From Nitrospirota bacterium (GTDB lineage: Bacteria > Nitrospirota > Thermodesulfovibrionia > Thermodesulfovibrionales > JdFR-86), in assembly GCA_963721805.1 (NCBI GenBank), contig CAVRJY010000001.1, positions 1,408,001-1,472,000 on the forward strand: DNA of 64,000 nt. The letters are read 5' to 3'. Below the pieces are notes generated by a model. That model did not search any database, was not told where the DNA came from, and was given only the letters and a program-made list of their open reading frames with translations. A program made the translations under genes and the position numbers. The stretch's first letter is position 1, and every line of letters begins with the position of its first letter. Shown in pieces: positions 19,970 to 32,684 of the stretch.

Positions 19970-22078
19970 CTATCGGATGCGCTCCAGGTTTGCGAACTTA
20001 AGCGCGAGGCGCTTGATCCCGATGACAGGGAAGTTGACCGTGATCTTCTGCTCCTCGCCTTCGCCATAGCAGTCGCGCACGACCCCGACGCCCCACTTGG
20101 GGTGCTTGACGCGCGTGCCGACGGCATACGCGGCGGCGGGCTTGAAGGTCTTCAGCTTCTTGGACGAGCACGCGCTCGCCCCGGCCGGGACGGCCTTCAG
20201 CAGCTTCTCGATCGTAAGGCAGCTCTCCTCGGGTATGTGGGCGAGGAACCGCGAGGGCTCCTGCTCCTGGAGGCGCGCGTAGAGGCGGCGTTTCTTGGCA
20301 CCCGTGAGCCACAGGAGGTCCTTTGCGCGGGTCATCCCGACGTACAGGAGCCTGCGCTCCTCGTCGATCTCGGCCTCGCTCTCGGCCTTGAAGTAAGGCA
20401 GCACTCCCTCCTCGACGCCCGCTATGAACACGGCCGGGAACTCGAGGCCCTTGGCGCTGTGCAGCGTCATCAGAGTCACTGCCTGCACGCTGTTGTCTTC
20501 CTCTATGGCGCTCAGCAGCGAGATCGAGTCGATGTAGTCTTTTATGTCCCTGCCCGAGGCGGCCTCGATCAGGAAGCGGACGTTTTCGGCGCGGTCGTCC
20601 TCTGCGTAGTTTGAGTATCCGCTCTTGATGAACACGTCGCGGAGCATCTCGGCCGCGTCGGTGTATTTCTCCTTGCGCAGGGCCTCGACGAGCTTGACGA
20701 ACTCCTCGAGCTTCTCCTTCGCCACCGCGGTGATCGAGCCGCTCTTTATGACCTCTTTAAGCGCGTCATAGAGGCTCGTGCCCTTCTTCTTGGCCTCCTG
20801 CTCGACCTTCGAGAGCGTCGATGCGCCGATGCCCCTCGGGGGGGTGTTGATGACGCGGCGCAGGCTGACGTTGTCGCTTGCGTTGAGGGCAAGGCGCATG
20901 TATGCGGTTATGTCCTTGATCTCCTTGCGGTGGTAGAAATTCGTGCCCCCCAGGATGCGGTAGGGTATGCGCTCGTGGCGCATGGCGTCCTCGATCGGGC
21001 GCGACTGGATGTTGATGCGGTACAGGATGGCCGCCTGCGAATAGTCGTATATGCCCTTGAGGTAAAGCTCCTTGATCATCTTTACGATATACTTGGCCTC
21101 TTCGCCCTCGGTGTCGAACCAGCAGCGGCAGATCTTCTCTCCGGCGCCGCGGTCTGACCAGAGCTTCTTGGGCTTGCGCTTCAGGTTGTTGCTGATTATA
21201 TGGTCCGAGGCGTCGAGGATCGACTGCGTGGAGCGGTAGTTCTGCTCCAGCTTTATCAGTTTGGCCTTGGGGAAGTCCTTCTCGAAGTTCAGTATGTTCT
21301 GGACGTTGGCGCCCCTGAAGCCGTATATGCTCTGGTCGTCGTCGCCCACCACGCAGAGCTGGCTACCGGACTTTTCGGCCAGGAGCTTCAGCAGGCGGTA
21401 CTGGGCAATATTCGTGTCCTGAAACTCATCGACCAGGACGTGCTCGAACTGGTTGCGGTATTTTTTGAGCACCTGAGGGTGCGACTCGAAGAGGTTGACC
21501 GTGACCATGATGAGGTCGTCGAAGTCCAGGGCGTTGCAGCGTTTGAGCTCGTCCTGGTACCGCACGTAGACCCGCGCGAGCTTCTCCTCGAACCCGAAGC
21601 CGTTTCCGTTCGTGAGGAATTCCTGCGGCGTTATGAACGCGGATTTAAGCGCGCTGATGCGCGAGAGGATGCCCTTGTAGAGCGCCTCGTGGATCTTGAA
21701 CTCGGTCAGGATGTGGCGGATCAGGCTGCACTGGTCGTCGTCGTCGTAGATGGAGAAATCGCGCCTGTAACCCATCGTCTCGATCTCGGCCCTCAGCAGC
21801 CTCATGCACTGCGAGTGGAACGTCCCGATCCAGCTGCCCTTGAGGTCTTTTTTCAGAAGGCTCGAGATGCGCTCGCGCATCTCACCGGCGGCCTTGTTCG
21901 TGAACGTCACGCTCAGGATCGATTTTGGCGACGATTTCCTGGCCAGGTGGGCGTAGCGGTGCGTTATGACGCGCGTCTTGCCGCTTCCGGCCCCGGCGAG
22001 TATCAACAACGGGCTTCCGTTATGAAGCACGGCCTCTTTTTGCTGCGGGTTCAGGTTTTCCGACGTTGGGTGTGCCAT
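19970..22078 (-). CDS. pcrA: ATP-dependent DNA helicase PcrA/UvrD
   Basis: AGAGSGKT, VDEFQDTN, GDDDQSIY, LEQNYRST, EERRLLYVGMTRA, C-terminal Tudor-like domain. Confidence 0.93.
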   Translation of the reverse strand: MAHPTSENLNPQQKEAVLHNGSPLLILAGAGSGKTRVITHRYAHLARKSSPKSILSVTFTNKAAGEMRERISSLLKKDLKGSWIGTFHSQCMRLLRAEIETMGYRRDFSIYDDDDQCSLIRHILTEFKIHEALYKGILSRISALKSAFITPQEFLTNGNGFGFEEKLARVYVRYQDELKRCNALDFDDLIMVTVNLFESHPQVLKKYRNQFEHVLVDEFQDTNIAQYRLLKLLAEKSGSQLCVVGDDDQSIYGFRGANVQNILNFEKDFPKAKLIKLEQNYRSTQSILDASDHIISNNLKRKPKKLWSDRGAGEKICRCWFDTEGEEAKYIVKMIKELYLKGIYDYSQAAILYRINIQSRPIEDAMRHERIPYRILGGTNFYHRKEIKDITAYMRLALNASDNVSLRRVINTPPRGIGASTLSKVEQEAKKKGTSLYDALKEVIKSGSITAVAKEKLEEFVKLVEALRKEKYTDAAEMLRDVFIKSGYSNYAEDDRAENVRFLIEAASGRDIKDYIDSISLLSAIEEDNSVQAVTLMTLHSAKGLEFPAVFIAGVEEGVLPYFKAESEAEIDEERRLLYVGMTRAKDLLWLTGAKKRRLYARLQEQEPSRFLAHIPEESCLTIEKLLKAVPAGASACSSKKLKTFKPAAAYAVGTRVKHPKWGVGVVRDCYGEGEEQKITVNFPVIGIKRLALKFANLERIR

Positions 22079-22116
22079 CTATTCGTAATTATAACACAGG
22101 CGGTGTTTTCAATGTA

Positions 22117-23949
<1,833 letters not shown>

Positions 23950-23953
23950 GGCC

Positions 23954-25348
23954 TCAGACCTTCTTCTTTTTCTTGGCCCAGCCGGGTACAATGCGCTGCC
24001 GGATGCGGCTTATCACAAGCGCCTCGGCCGGGACCTCAGAGGTGACGGTCGTTCCTGCGCCGACGTATGCTCCCCGGCCGACCTTCACTGGCGCCACGAG
24101 CTGAGTGTCGCTGCCGATGAAGACGCCGTCGCCGATCTCGGTGCGGTGCTTGCGGGCGCCGTCGTAGTTGCAGGTGATCGTGCCGGCGCCGACGTTGACG
24201 CCCTTGCCGATAGTGGCGTCGCCCAGGTAGCTCAGGTGCATGGCCTTGGTGCCCTCGCCGATCACGGACTTCTTGACCTCGACGAAGTTGCCTATGCGCA
24301 CGTCGCGCTTTAGCACCGCTCCGGGCCTGAGATGAGCATAGGGGCCGACCTGCGTCCCTGCGCCGACGCTCGCCTCCTCGATCACCGAGCCGTCCTTGAT
24401 CGTCGCGCCCTCGGCAATCGTGCTTTGGCTGATGCGCGCGTTGGGCATGATCGTGCAGCGCGGGCCGATTACAGTATTGCCCTCTATATGCACGTTTGGG
24501 TATATGACCGTATCCGGGCCGATCCTGGCCTCGGGGGATATGAATGTCGATATCGGGTCCAGGAGCGTCACGCCCGAGTCGAGCAGCCGAGCGTTCGTCC
24601 TCCACTGCATGGCCTTTGTGGCCTCGACGAGGTCGATGCGCGTGTTGATGCCCAGGAATTCGTACTCGTCCGGGGCCATGAACGCCCCGGCCTTGAGGCC
24701 ATTGCCCTGCGAAAGCTCGATGATGTCGGTGAGGTATAATTCCTTCTTTTTCGGGTTAGGCTTGATGGACTTAAGAAGTGCGAGCGCCTCGGGCTCGATG
24801 GCGTAAAGCCCGCTGTTGACCTCGCGCACCGCGAGTTCGTCCTCGGTGGCGTCGGCGGCCTCGACTATGCGGATGCGGCCCCCGGGCTCGCGGATGAGCC
24901 TGCCGTATGCAGCCGGATCGGACGAGTTAAACGTCGCGACCGAGACCGCGTTGCAGGCCCTGCGATGGCGGCCGAGAAATGCCCTGAGGGTAGGGGAGCC
25001 AATAAGCGGCGTATCACCGTTTAAGACCACGACCGTGCCCTTGAACTTCGCAATCGCCGAAAGCCCGGCCATGAGCGCGTGAGCGGTGCCGTTTTGCTCT
25101 TCCTGAAGCGCAATCCGCACCGAGGGATACCCGTCGCAGATCGATCCGGCCACCAGCTCGGCGCTGTGCGCCCCGGCCACGACGACCGTCTCGGTAAACC
25201 CGAGCGCACGGACCGCATCGAGGATGTAATGCAGCATCGGCCGGCCGAATACCGGATGGAGCACCTTCGGGATGCGCGAGCGCATGCGCGTGCCGAGCCC
25301 TGCCGCCAGCACCACGCACGATGCCGGTTCTTTTTTACTTGCAGCCAT
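23954..25348 (-). CDS. glmU: Bifunctional UDP-GlcNAc pyrophosphorylase / GlcN-1-P acetyltransferase
   Basis: LAAGLGTRMRS..PKVLH, hexapeptide repeats, GAGTITCNYDG. Confidence 0.96.
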   Translation of the reverse strand: MAASKKEPASCVVLAAGLGTRMRSRIPKVLHPVFGRPMLHYILDAVRALGFTETVVVAGAHSAELVAGSICDGYPSVRIALQEEQNGTAHALMAGLSAIAKFKGTVVVLNGDTPLIGSPTLRAFLGRHRRACNAVSVATFNSSDPAAYGRLIREPGGRIRIVEAADATEDELAVREVNSGLYAIEPEALALLKSIKPNPKKKELYLTDIIELSQGNGLKAGAFMAPDEYEFLGINTRIDLVEATKAMQWRTNARLLDSGVTLLDPISTFISPEARIGPDTVIYPNVHIEGNTVIGPRCTIMPNARISQSTIAEGATIKDGSVIEEASVGAGTQVGPYAHLRPGAVLKRDVRIGNFVEVKKSVIGEGTKAMHLSYLGDATIGKGVNVGAGTITCNYDGARKHRTEIGDGVFIGSDTQLVAPVKVGRGAYVGAGTTVTSEVPAEALVISRIRQRIVPGWAKKKKKV

Positions 25349-26091
25349 TAAACCTCGACATCATCCGGGAAGTCGGCGTTCGTATAGACGTTTTGTACGT
25401 CGTCGTGCTCGTCGATGGCCTCGATCAGGTTAGCTAACTTCTGGCCGGTCTTGGCGTCCACGGGGATGTAGTTTTTTGGGAGCATTGTGATCTCCGCGTC
25501 CGATATCTCTATGCCCGCGGCAGCGACCGCGTCGCGCACCTTCTGCATATCGGAGGGCTCGGTGATGATCTCGAAGCTGTCCTCGTCGGGGTCGTTCTTC
25601 ATATCGAGCGCCCCGGCGTCGAGCGCGACGCCCATGAGCGCGTCCTCTGTTGTCTTGGTCTTGTCCACAAGGATGTAGCCGCGGTTTTCGAATATCCAGG
25701 CCACGCTGCCGGCCTCGCCCATGTTGCCGCCGTGCTTGGAGATTATGCTGCGGAGGTCCGAGACCGAGCGGTTCTTGTTGTCCGAGAGGACGTCGATCAG
25801 CACCGCGACGCCGCCGGGCCCGTAGCCCTCGTATCTCATCTCTTCGTATATGACGCCGGGAAGCTCTCCTGTGCCCTTCATGACCGCACGCTTGATGTTA
25901 TCCTGCGGCATGTTGACTTCCTTGGCCTTGTCTATCGCGAGCCTCAGGCGCGGGTTGCCGTCGGGGTCTCCGCCGCCCATCCTCGCGGCCACCGCGATCT
26001 CCTTGACGAGTTTTGTGAAGGCCTTGCCCTTCTTGGCGTCGGTGTTGGCCTTCTTATGTTTAATCTGCGACCATTTTGAATGCCCTGACAT
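25348..26091 (-). CDS. yebC: YebC/PmpR family protein
   Basis: [29 protein letters not shown]. Confidence 0.95.
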   Translation of the reverse strand: MSGHSKWSQIKHKKANTDAKKGKAFTKLVKEIAVAARMGGGDPDGNPRLRLAIDKAKEVNMPQDNIKRAVMKGTGELPGVIYEEMRYEGYGPGGVAVLIDVLSDNKNRSVSDLRSIISKHGGNMGEAGSVAWIFENRGYILVDKTKTTEDALMGVALDAGALDMKNDPDEDSFEIITEPSDMQKVRDAVAAAGIEISDAEITMLPKNYIPVDAKTGQKLANLIEAIDEHDDVQNVYTNADFPDDVEV

Positions 26092-26781
26092 CTATTTTTT
26101 GTCCCCTTCCATAGCCTTTTCCGCCTTCTCCAGATCTACGAGCCGCTTGCTGGCAAATTTAGCCTCCGCAGAGTCCGGAAACAGGTTTATCACCGTCTGA
26201 TAACCCTTGCGCGCCTCATCGAATTCTTTTTTGCCGAACTTGGCTTCGCTGTAATAGTACATGAAATAAGCAGGCTCGGCGTTGCCGGTCTCGACGTATT
26301 TCTTGATATACGGCTGGAGGAACCTGATGAGGCGGTCCCACTGTTTGTATTGATCGTACGACCGCACCATGAAATCGTTAATCGTAACCATCATGCGGGG
26401 CTTGGGATAGTTCTTCGAGTATTCGGCGTAGTACCGCTCCGCGTCGTCAAAGTCCGGCGGCCAGGGGTCTCGGATGCTGCTCTTTATCAGCCTGTAATAG
26501 CTCTCCTCGGCATAATACGAATCCGGGTAGTCCTTTATGATCCGTTTATACTTTTCGTTAAGCTGGGCGGCGACCTCATGCGCCGGAACATTGGTGATCA
26601 TGTCCAGGATCGCAGTGTAACTTTCAAGCGAGCGCTTGTCCTGCTCCTGGATCGGCATCGGGGACAGCTGCCCGGACGCAGGCGCCTGCTTGGGCGGCGC
26701 GGGCGCGGTTGCGCATGACGCGAGCACCGACAAACCCAGCACTGCCAGCGCAAGCCTCTTTAAGCTGAGAGCGATATCCAT
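26092..26781 (-). CDS. TPR-like lipoprotein
   Basis: Lipobox LASC after a signal peptide, helical repeats ending YPDS/FPDS; AGGAG RBS. Confidence 0.75.
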   Translation of the reverse strand: MDIALSLKRLALAVLGLSVLASCATAPAPPKQAPASGQLSPMPIQEQDKRSLESYTAILDMITNVPAHEVAAQLNEKYKRIIKDYPDSYYAEESYYRLIKSSIRDPWPPDFDDAERYYAEYSKNYPKPRMMVTINDFMVRSYDQYKQWDRLIRFLQPYIKKYVETGNAEPAYFMYYYSEAKFGKKEFDEARKGYQTVINLFPDSAEAKFASKRLVDLEKAEKAMEGDKK

Positions 26782-27680
26782 TATTTGTTCTCCTTGGCTG
26801 CGGTATTGGCGTCCTGTACGCAGCGGAACCCCACGGCGTCGTTCAGGGCCGTCGGGATGCTGAAGTTGCGGATCGCGACCCTCAGGGTGTAAGGGCTGTT
26901 GAACCACGAACCGCCGCGCAGGACCTTCGCGGTCCCGCTCGCCGGGCCCTTCGGGTTATCCGCTGGCGAGCCGCTGTAGTAGCCCTTGTCATACCAGTCA
27001 GAGCACCACTCCCATACGTTCCCGGCCGTGTCATAAAGCCCGTAGCCGTTGTCGTGGTAGTTGCCGACGCGCTCGGTGGGGGCCGGCCTCTGGTTGTCCC
27101 GCCAGGTTCGGCCGAAGATCACGCCGCCTGTGGGTATCTCGTTACCCCACGGGTACGCCTTGCCATCGAGCCCCCCGCGCGCGGCCTTCTCCCATTCGGC
27201 CTCGGTCGGCAGCCGCTTGCCTGCCCATTCGCAGTATGCCTTCGCCCCCTCCCAGCTTACGGTCATGACAGGCATGTTCTCGAAGCCTTCGAAGGCGCGG
27301 TATTTGCCGTCCTCGATGATAATCTCGGTCGGCCACCAGCCGGCACGCTGCGGGTCGTCGAGGTCGCTCCTCAACACAACCCATTTAAGGCGCTTGCCGT
27401 CAGGGCCCTCGCCGGGCTTGACGTCGTTTAGGAAAGCCGAGTAAAGCTTGTTCGTGACCTCGTAGCGGTCCGCATAGAATGCGCCGGTGCTGACCTTGTG
27501 CGCTGGCGCTATAACCTTGAGGTCGGCGTCGTCGCTGCCCATCATGAAGGGGCCCTCGGGTATGTAGCGCATCTCGGCCCCGTCCTTGCCGGTGTAAGCC
27601 TTCGGCGCGTCCCCGCCCATGCAGGTGGAGGATGCCGCAAGCGCGGCCATTAAGACGCTTATCAGTATAAAGTGTTTCAT
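26781..27680 (-). CDS. Formylglycine-generating-enzyme (SUMF1/FGE-sulfatase) domain protein, exported
   Basis: RLPTEAEWEKAARGG, GNVWEWC.DWY, LRGGSW, GFRC. Confidence 0.92.
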   Translation of the reverse strand: MKHFILISVLMAALAASSTCMGGDAPKAYTGKDGAEMRYIPEGPFMMGSDDADLKVIAPAHKVSTGAFYADRYEVTNKLYSAFLNDVKPGEGPDGKRLKWVVLRSDLDDPQRAGWWPTEIIIEDGKYRAFEGFENMPVMTVSWEGAKAYCEWAGKRLPTEAEWEKAARGGLDGKAYPWGNEIPTGGVIFGRTWRDNQRPAPTERVGNYHDNGYGLYDTAGNVWEWCSDWYDKGYYSGSPADNPKGPASGTAKVLRGGSWFNSPYTLRVAIRNFSIPTALNDAVGFRCVQDANTAAKENK

Positions 27681-27688
27681 AATCTCCG

Positions 27689-29053
27689 TTAGGACGTGAT
27701 GCCGTAGTCCCTTATCTTGGTAAGCAAAGTCTTGTAGCTGACGGACAGCGCCTCGGCGGCGCGCGTCCTGTTCCAGCCGGTCTCTTGCAGCGCCTTGCGT
27801 ATGCGGGCGCTCTCGGCGGCCGTGACGGCCTCGCGGGCGACCTCTTCGAGCGTGCCGGCGAGGTTGTCCCAGTGCCGCCGCCCCCCCGCGGAGGTCTCCG
27901 GGGCGATATGCGCCGGCATTATCATATCCCCGTCACATAATATTACTGCACGCTCTATGGCGTTTTCAAGCTCGCGGACATTGCCTTTCCATACATGGCG
28001 TCCGAGGAGTTTGACGGCCTCGGGGTCGAGTTTCTTCGGCCTCACGCCGAGGCGGCGAGAGTATTTTTCGGTGAAGTGCATGGCCAGAAGGGGTATGTCC
28101 TCCGGCCGTTCCCTCAGCGGAGGGATCCGCAGCGGGAAGACGTTGAGCCTGTAATAGAGGTCTTCCCTGAAGGTCCTGGCAGCTATGGCCTGGGTCAGGT
28201 CGCGGTTGCTCGCGGCGATAACGCGTATGTCCACCTTGACCGCGCGAGTGCCCCCGACTCGCTCGACCTCGCCCTCCTGTATGGCCCGCAGCAGCTTGGC
28301 TTGAAGTGTCACGTCCATCTCGCCGACCTCGTCGAGGAAGACGGTGCCCATGTGCGCCAGCTCGAATTTGCCGGGCTTTCTGGCCTCGGCCCCCGAAAAC
28401 GCGCCCTTCTCGTATCCGAACAGCTCGCTTTCGAGCAGGTCGCGAGGTATCGCTGCGCAGTTGATCGGTACGAATGGATAGTCGCGGCGCAGGCTCAGGT
28501 TGTGAATCGCACGCGCGAACAGCTCCTTGCCCGTTCCGCTCTCTCCAAGCAGCAGCACGGTGGTCTTGGCGGGCGCGACGCGCTGGCACTGCCGTGCAAG
28601 CTCGAGCACGCCCTCGCTGCGGCCGATTATGTCCGGCAGGCCCACCGCCCTGGAGAGCTCGTCCTTTAACAGCAGGTTCTCGGCCTGGAGCCTCCGGGTG
28701 TCGAGCGCGCGCCTTACGAGCATCAGCAGATGGTCGATGTCAAACGGCTTGGTGATGAAGTCAAACGCGCCTTCCTTCATCGCGCTAACGGCGGCGTTGA
28801 CCGAGCCGTGCGCGGTCATCACTATCACGGGCCTCAGCGGGGAGTCCTCCTTCGAGGCGCGCAGCACCTCGATCCCGTCCCGTCCCGGGAGCCGAAGGTC
28901 GGTAATCACCATATCGGCGTTGCACTTTTTTACGGCGTTTACGGCCTCGCTGCCGTCGGATGCGATTATGGCCTCATACCCCTCGCCTTGCAGGGCCTCG
29001 CGGAGCATCAGGGCCATGGATTCCTTGTCCTCGGCTATGAGGATAGTTTGCAT
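27689..29053 (-). CDS. Sigma54-dependent response regulator (NtrC family)
   Basis: Receiver domain, [14 protein letters not shown] loop, Fis-type HTH. Confidence 0.94.
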   Translation of the reverse strand: MQTILIAEDKESMALMLREALQGEGYEAIIASDGSEAVNAVKKCNADMVITDLRLPGRDGIEVLRASKEDSPLRPVIVMTAHGSVNAAVSAMKEGAFDFITKPFDIDHLLMLVRRALDTRRLQAENLLLKDELSRAVGLPDIIGRSEGVLELARQCQRVAPAKTTVLLLGESGTGKELFARAIHNLSLRRDYPFVPINCAAIPRDLLESELFGYEKGAFSGAEARKPGKFELAHMGTVFLDEVGEMDVTLQAKLLRAIQEGEVERVGGTRAVKVDIRVIAASNRDLTQAIAARTFREDLYYRLNVFPLRIPPLRERPEDIPLLAMHFTEKYSRRLGVRPKKLDPEAVKLLGRHVWKGNVRELENAIERAVILCDGDMIMPAHIAPETSAGGRRHWDNLAGTLEEVAREAVTAAESARIRKALQETGWNRTRAAEALSVSYKTLLTKIRDYGITS

Positions 29054-29093
29054 AATTTAGTTTACCATACGCCTTTTGTTATAAAATAACGCT

Positions 29094-30026
29094 ATGCCAT
29101 ACGCGGTGCTCGATCTAGGCTCGAATTCCGTAAGGCTCCTGATAGGGGAGGTCATACGCGGGCGCATTGCGCCGAAACTCTACGAGCGCGCGGTCACGCG
29201 CATCTCGGCCGGAATGGCATCTACGGGGATGCTGGGCGAGGGGCCGATGCACAGGACGCTGGAGGTCCTGCGCGGCTTCAGGCGCATAATCGAGGCCGAG
29301 GGCGCGACCCTCTCTGATGCGGCCGGGACCAGCGCGCTTCGGGAGGCCGGAAACTCAGCCGAATTCCTTGAGCGGGCGAGAGCCGAGACAGGCATCGCCA
29401 TCAGGGTGATCAGCGGCGAAGAGGAGGCCAGGCTCACCGCGCTGGGCGTCGTCTCTTCGCTTGAGCCGATGCCCTCGGCCATGATCGCTGATATAGGCGG
29501 CGGCAGCACAGAGATGGCGCTCATGAGGGGCCGCGAACTCATTGCCTCGATCTCCGAGCCTGTGGGCGCCGTGGGTCTGATAGAGCGGCATATCAAGTCC
29601 GACCCTCCTGCGCGGGCCGAGCTTGACTCGCTTCGCGCGGAATGCGAGGCCGCGGCGACACGGTTCCGCGCCGCACTGGGTGCCCCGGAGCCGGGCATGA
29701 GGCTGGTCGGCACCGCCGGGACGATGTCGACGATCGCGGCTATGGACCTCGGGCTCGGCCGCTACGAGCGCGACCGCGTGCACGGCCATACGGTTGCGCT
29801 CGGCAGGATCAGGGAAATGTTCGGCCGCACCACGGCCATGCCGCTTCGAGAGAGGCTCCTGATTAAGGGCCTCGAACCCGGCAGGACGGACTTGATTATG
29901 GCCGGATTAACACTTACAATATGCCTGATGGAGACATTCGGCTTTAAGGATCTGCTTATAAGCGATTCCGGACTGCTCGAGGGGCTTCTGACCAATTCGA
30001 CTCCGGGGGGTGGAATATCAGCCTGA
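29094..30026 (+). CDS. ppx: Ppx/GppA family phosphatase (short form)
   Basis: DLGSNSVRL, TSALREA.N, ISGEEEA, DIGGGSTE. Confidence 0.9.
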   Translation: MPYAVLDLGSNSVRLLIGEVIRGRIAPKLYERAVTRISAGMASTGMLGEGPMHRTLEVLRGFRRIIEAEGATLSDAAGTSALREAGNSAEFLERARAETGIAIRVISGEEEARLTALGVVSSLEPMPSAMIADIGGGSTEMALMRGRELIASISEPVGAVGLIERHIKSDPPARAELDSLRAECEAAATRFRAALGAPEPGMRLVGTAGTMSTIAAMDLGLGRYERDRVHGHTVALGRIREMFGRTTAMPLRERLLIKGLEPGRTDLIMAGLTLTICLMETFGFKDLLISDSGLLEGLLTNSTPGGGISA

Positions 30027-30049
30027 TCGGCAAGCTTTTCGGGGGCAAG

Positions 30050-31384
30050 GTGACCGTCCCTTTTCTGGATTACCTGGACGACCCGGTCGCGCTGCTCTCC
30101 AGGGACGGACAGGTCGCGGACGCCAACAGCGCCTTTATCTCGCTGTGCAAGCTGCCGAGGTCGCAGGCGATCGGCAGCGACAGCCGGGGCGTCGAGCCGC
30201 TGAGCCTCTGCTGGCCCCTGATAACCTCCGCGCTCCTGCACCGCAAGGAGCAGCGCGACAGGCTGAAGTTCGAAGACGCGGTGCTCGACATTACCGTAAA
30301 ACCGGTCCTTGACGGGGAGATCACGCAGTACGTGCTCGTGCTCATACACGACGTCACGGACGCGGTGCGCCTCGACGAGGACCTCAGGAAACGCAACCAG
30401 GAACTGATCGTCATGAACACGCTCTCGACGGCATTCATCGGGGCCGACAACATCGAGGCGGTCTTCGGCGACCTGCTCGAGAAGGTCCTCCTCGTCTCCG
30501 GCATGGAGATGGGCTGGATAACCGTGCTGGACTCCGAAGGGAAATATGCGGTCAAGGGGATCGCTGGATTCCCGGACTCCTTCGGCGCGACGATCGAGGA
30601 CGAGACCTTCGGGCCGATCTACGAAAACGCCTCGCGCTCCGCCAAGCCCATCCACGTCCTCGAAAAAGACGACATAAGGAACATCCCCTTTCTCGAACGC
30701 GAAGGCGTCGCGATGATCGCGATGATCCCGCTGCGGGCGGGGGGCGGGGGGACCATTGGGTTCATGGGGCTGGCGACAAGGAACGAAAAATCTTTCGACT
30801 ACGACATCGCGGCCACCTTTTCGAGCATCGGAAACCATATCTCGCTGATAGCCGAAAAGATCATGCTCTTTCAGGAGACTCAGCGGCTCTCGGTCACGGA
30901 CGCCCTGACAGGGCTCTTTAACTCGAGGTATTTTTACCACTGCCTCGATTCCGAGATATCGCGCTCCAAGCGGTACCACGAGCGGTTCTCCGTGGTGCTC
31001 TTTGACGTCGATAACTTCAAGGCCTTCAACGACCGTTACGGCCACCAGAGCGGCGACGAGGTGCTCGTCGAGATCGCGGCGCACATGCGCACGATATCGC
31101 GCAACTCCGACGTGCTCTCAAGGTACGGCGGCGAGGAGTTCATCATGCTCCTGCCGCACACCGCGAAGGACGAGGCCGTGACGCTTGCCAACAGGCTTAT
31201 GCAGGCCATCGGTAGCCGCAAGTTCCTTGGCTCGCGCGCCATGCAGGTGACGATCAGCGGCGGCGTCTCGACATATCCCGAGGACGCCGAGGAGGCCAAG
31301 GCGCTGCTGTATGCGTCGGACATGGCGATGTACGAGGCCAAGGAGAAAGGGAAGAAGCAGATATGCGCTTACAAGGCGAAATGA
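30050..31384 (+). CDS. PAS/GAF-GGDEF diguanylate cyclase
   Basis: DALTGLFN, FK.FND.YGH..GD, RNSD I-site, RYGGEEF; start could be CTG 30023. Confidence 0.92.
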   Translation: MTVPFLDYLDDPVALLSRDGQVADANSAFISLCKLPRSQAIGSDSRGVEPLSLCWPLITSALLHRKEQRDRLKFEDAVLDITVKPVLDGEITQYVLVLIHDVTDAVRLDEDLRKRNQELIVMNTLSTAFIGADNIEAVFGDLLEKVLLVSGMEMGWITVLDSEGKYAVKGIAGFPDSFGATIEDETFGPIYENASRSAKPIHVLEKDDIRNIPFLEREGVAMIAMIPLRAGGGGTIGFMGLATRNEKSFDYDIAATFSSIGNHISLIAEKIMLFQETQRLSVTDALTGLFNSRYFYHCLDSEISRSKRYHERFSVVLFDVDNFKAFNDRYGHQSGDEVLVEIAAHMRTISRNSDVLSRYGGEEFIMLLPHTAKDEAVTLANRLMQAIGSRKFLGSRAMQVTISGGVSTYPEDAEEAKALLYASDMAMYEAKEKGKKQICAYKAK

Positions 31385-32136
31385 ACCTCAAGAAGGTCTT
31401 CGGGAGGCCGGCCTCGCTGAAGCCCGCGCCGTTTCGGTTCTGCCCCGGCTGCGGCCACAGCATCGCGCACCGCCTGGTCGCCGAGTGCGTCGACGAGCTG
31501 GGCATCCGCGAGCGTACGATAGGCATCGCACCGGTCGGCTGTGCGGTCTTCGCTTACGACTATTTCGATTTCGACATGATCGAGGTCGCGCACGGCCGCC
31601 CGCCGGCGGCAGCGACCGGGATGAAGCGCATGCTGCCGGACAACGTAATCTTCTCATACCAGGGCGACGGGGACCTCGCGGCAATAGGGATGGGCGAGAT
31701 CATACATGCCGCCGCACGCGGCGAGAACATATCGTTTTTCTTCATCAACAACGCGACATACGGCATGACCGGCGGGCAGATGGCCCCAACCACCTTGCAG
31801 GGCCAGGTGACGACCACCACCCCCCGGGGGCGCGACTCGGGCTTTCCGCTTCGGATCTCGGAGCTGCTGAGCGTCATAGAGGGCGCATCATACATAGAAC
31901 GCGTATCGCTTGACTCGGCGGCGAACATCAAGGCCGCGCGCCGGGCGGTGGAGAAGTCCTTCCGCTATCAGCTCGCGGGCCGCGGCTTCTCGCTCGTCGA
32001 GATGCTCTCCCCGTGCCCTACCGACTGGTGGATGACCCCGGCGGAATCGCTCGCATGGATCAGGGCCGAGATGATGAAGGCCTTCCCGCTGGGCGTATAC
32101 AAAGACAAGTTCGCGGACGAAGCAAAGACATGCTGA
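31381..32136 (+). CDS. 2-oxoacid:ferredoxin oxidoreductase beta subunit
   Basis: FCPGCGH, GDGD, NN..YGMTGGQ TPP motif. Confidence 0.92.
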   Translation: MNLKKVFGRPASLKPAPFRFCPGCGHSIAHRLVAECVDELGIRERTIGIAPVGCAVFAYDYFDFDMIEVAHGRPPAAATGMKRMLPDNVIFSYQGDGDLAAIGMGEIIHAAARGENISFFFINNATYGMTGGQMAPTTLQGQVTTTTPRGRDSGFPLRISELLSVIEGASYIERVSLDSAANIKAARRAVEKSFRYQLAGRGFSLVEMLSPCPTDWWMTPAESLAWIRAEMMKAFPLGVYKDKFADEAKTC

Positions 32137-32684
32137 GCGGAACGCTGGTGGCGGGCTCGGGCGGGCAGGGCGTATTGTTTTTGAGCAAGCTCCTTGCCCA
32201 GGCCGCGATGACCGCCGGAAAGAACGTGACGTTCTTCCCGTCATACGGGGCCGAGATGCGCGGCGGCACGGCCAACTGCACGGTGGTAATTTCCGACGGC
32301 ATAATAGGCTCGCCCGTCGTGCGCACGCCCGACGTGGTGGTCGCGATGAACGCGGCATCCATGGCCCGTTTCGAGCCGAAGCTCAGGCCCGGCGGGCTGT
32401 TCATCTACGACTGCTCGCTGGTCAAGGCCCCCCTGGGGCGCACCGACCTCGAGGTGGTCGCGGTCCCGGCAAGCGACGTCGCGGCCGGGCTGGGCGACAA
32501 CAAGGCCGCGAACATGGTCCTCCTGGGCGCGCTTATCGCCCGCGAGCCGATCCTGGGCATCGACGAAGCGCTCTCGGCGCTCGAACGCATCACCCCGGCG
32601 CACAGGCGCGCAGGGCTTGGGCTTAACGCCGAGGCACTGAGAAAAGGTTTCCACTGTGGTGAAAATACGAAAAGCGCTGGTTAA
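32130..32684 (+). CDS. 2-oxoacid:ferredoxin oxidoreductase gamma subunit
   Basis: AGSGGQGV, PSYGAEMRGGTANC, NMVLLGA. Confidence 0.92.
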   Translation: MLSGTLVAGSGGQGVLFLSKLLAQAAMTAGKNVTFFPSYGAEMRGGTANCTVVISDGIIGSPVVRTPDVVVAMNAASMARFEPKLRPGGLFIYDCSLVKAPLGRTDLEVVAVPASDVAAGLGDNKAANMVLLGALIAREPILGIDEALSALERITPAHRRAGLGLNAEALRKGFHCGENTKSAG

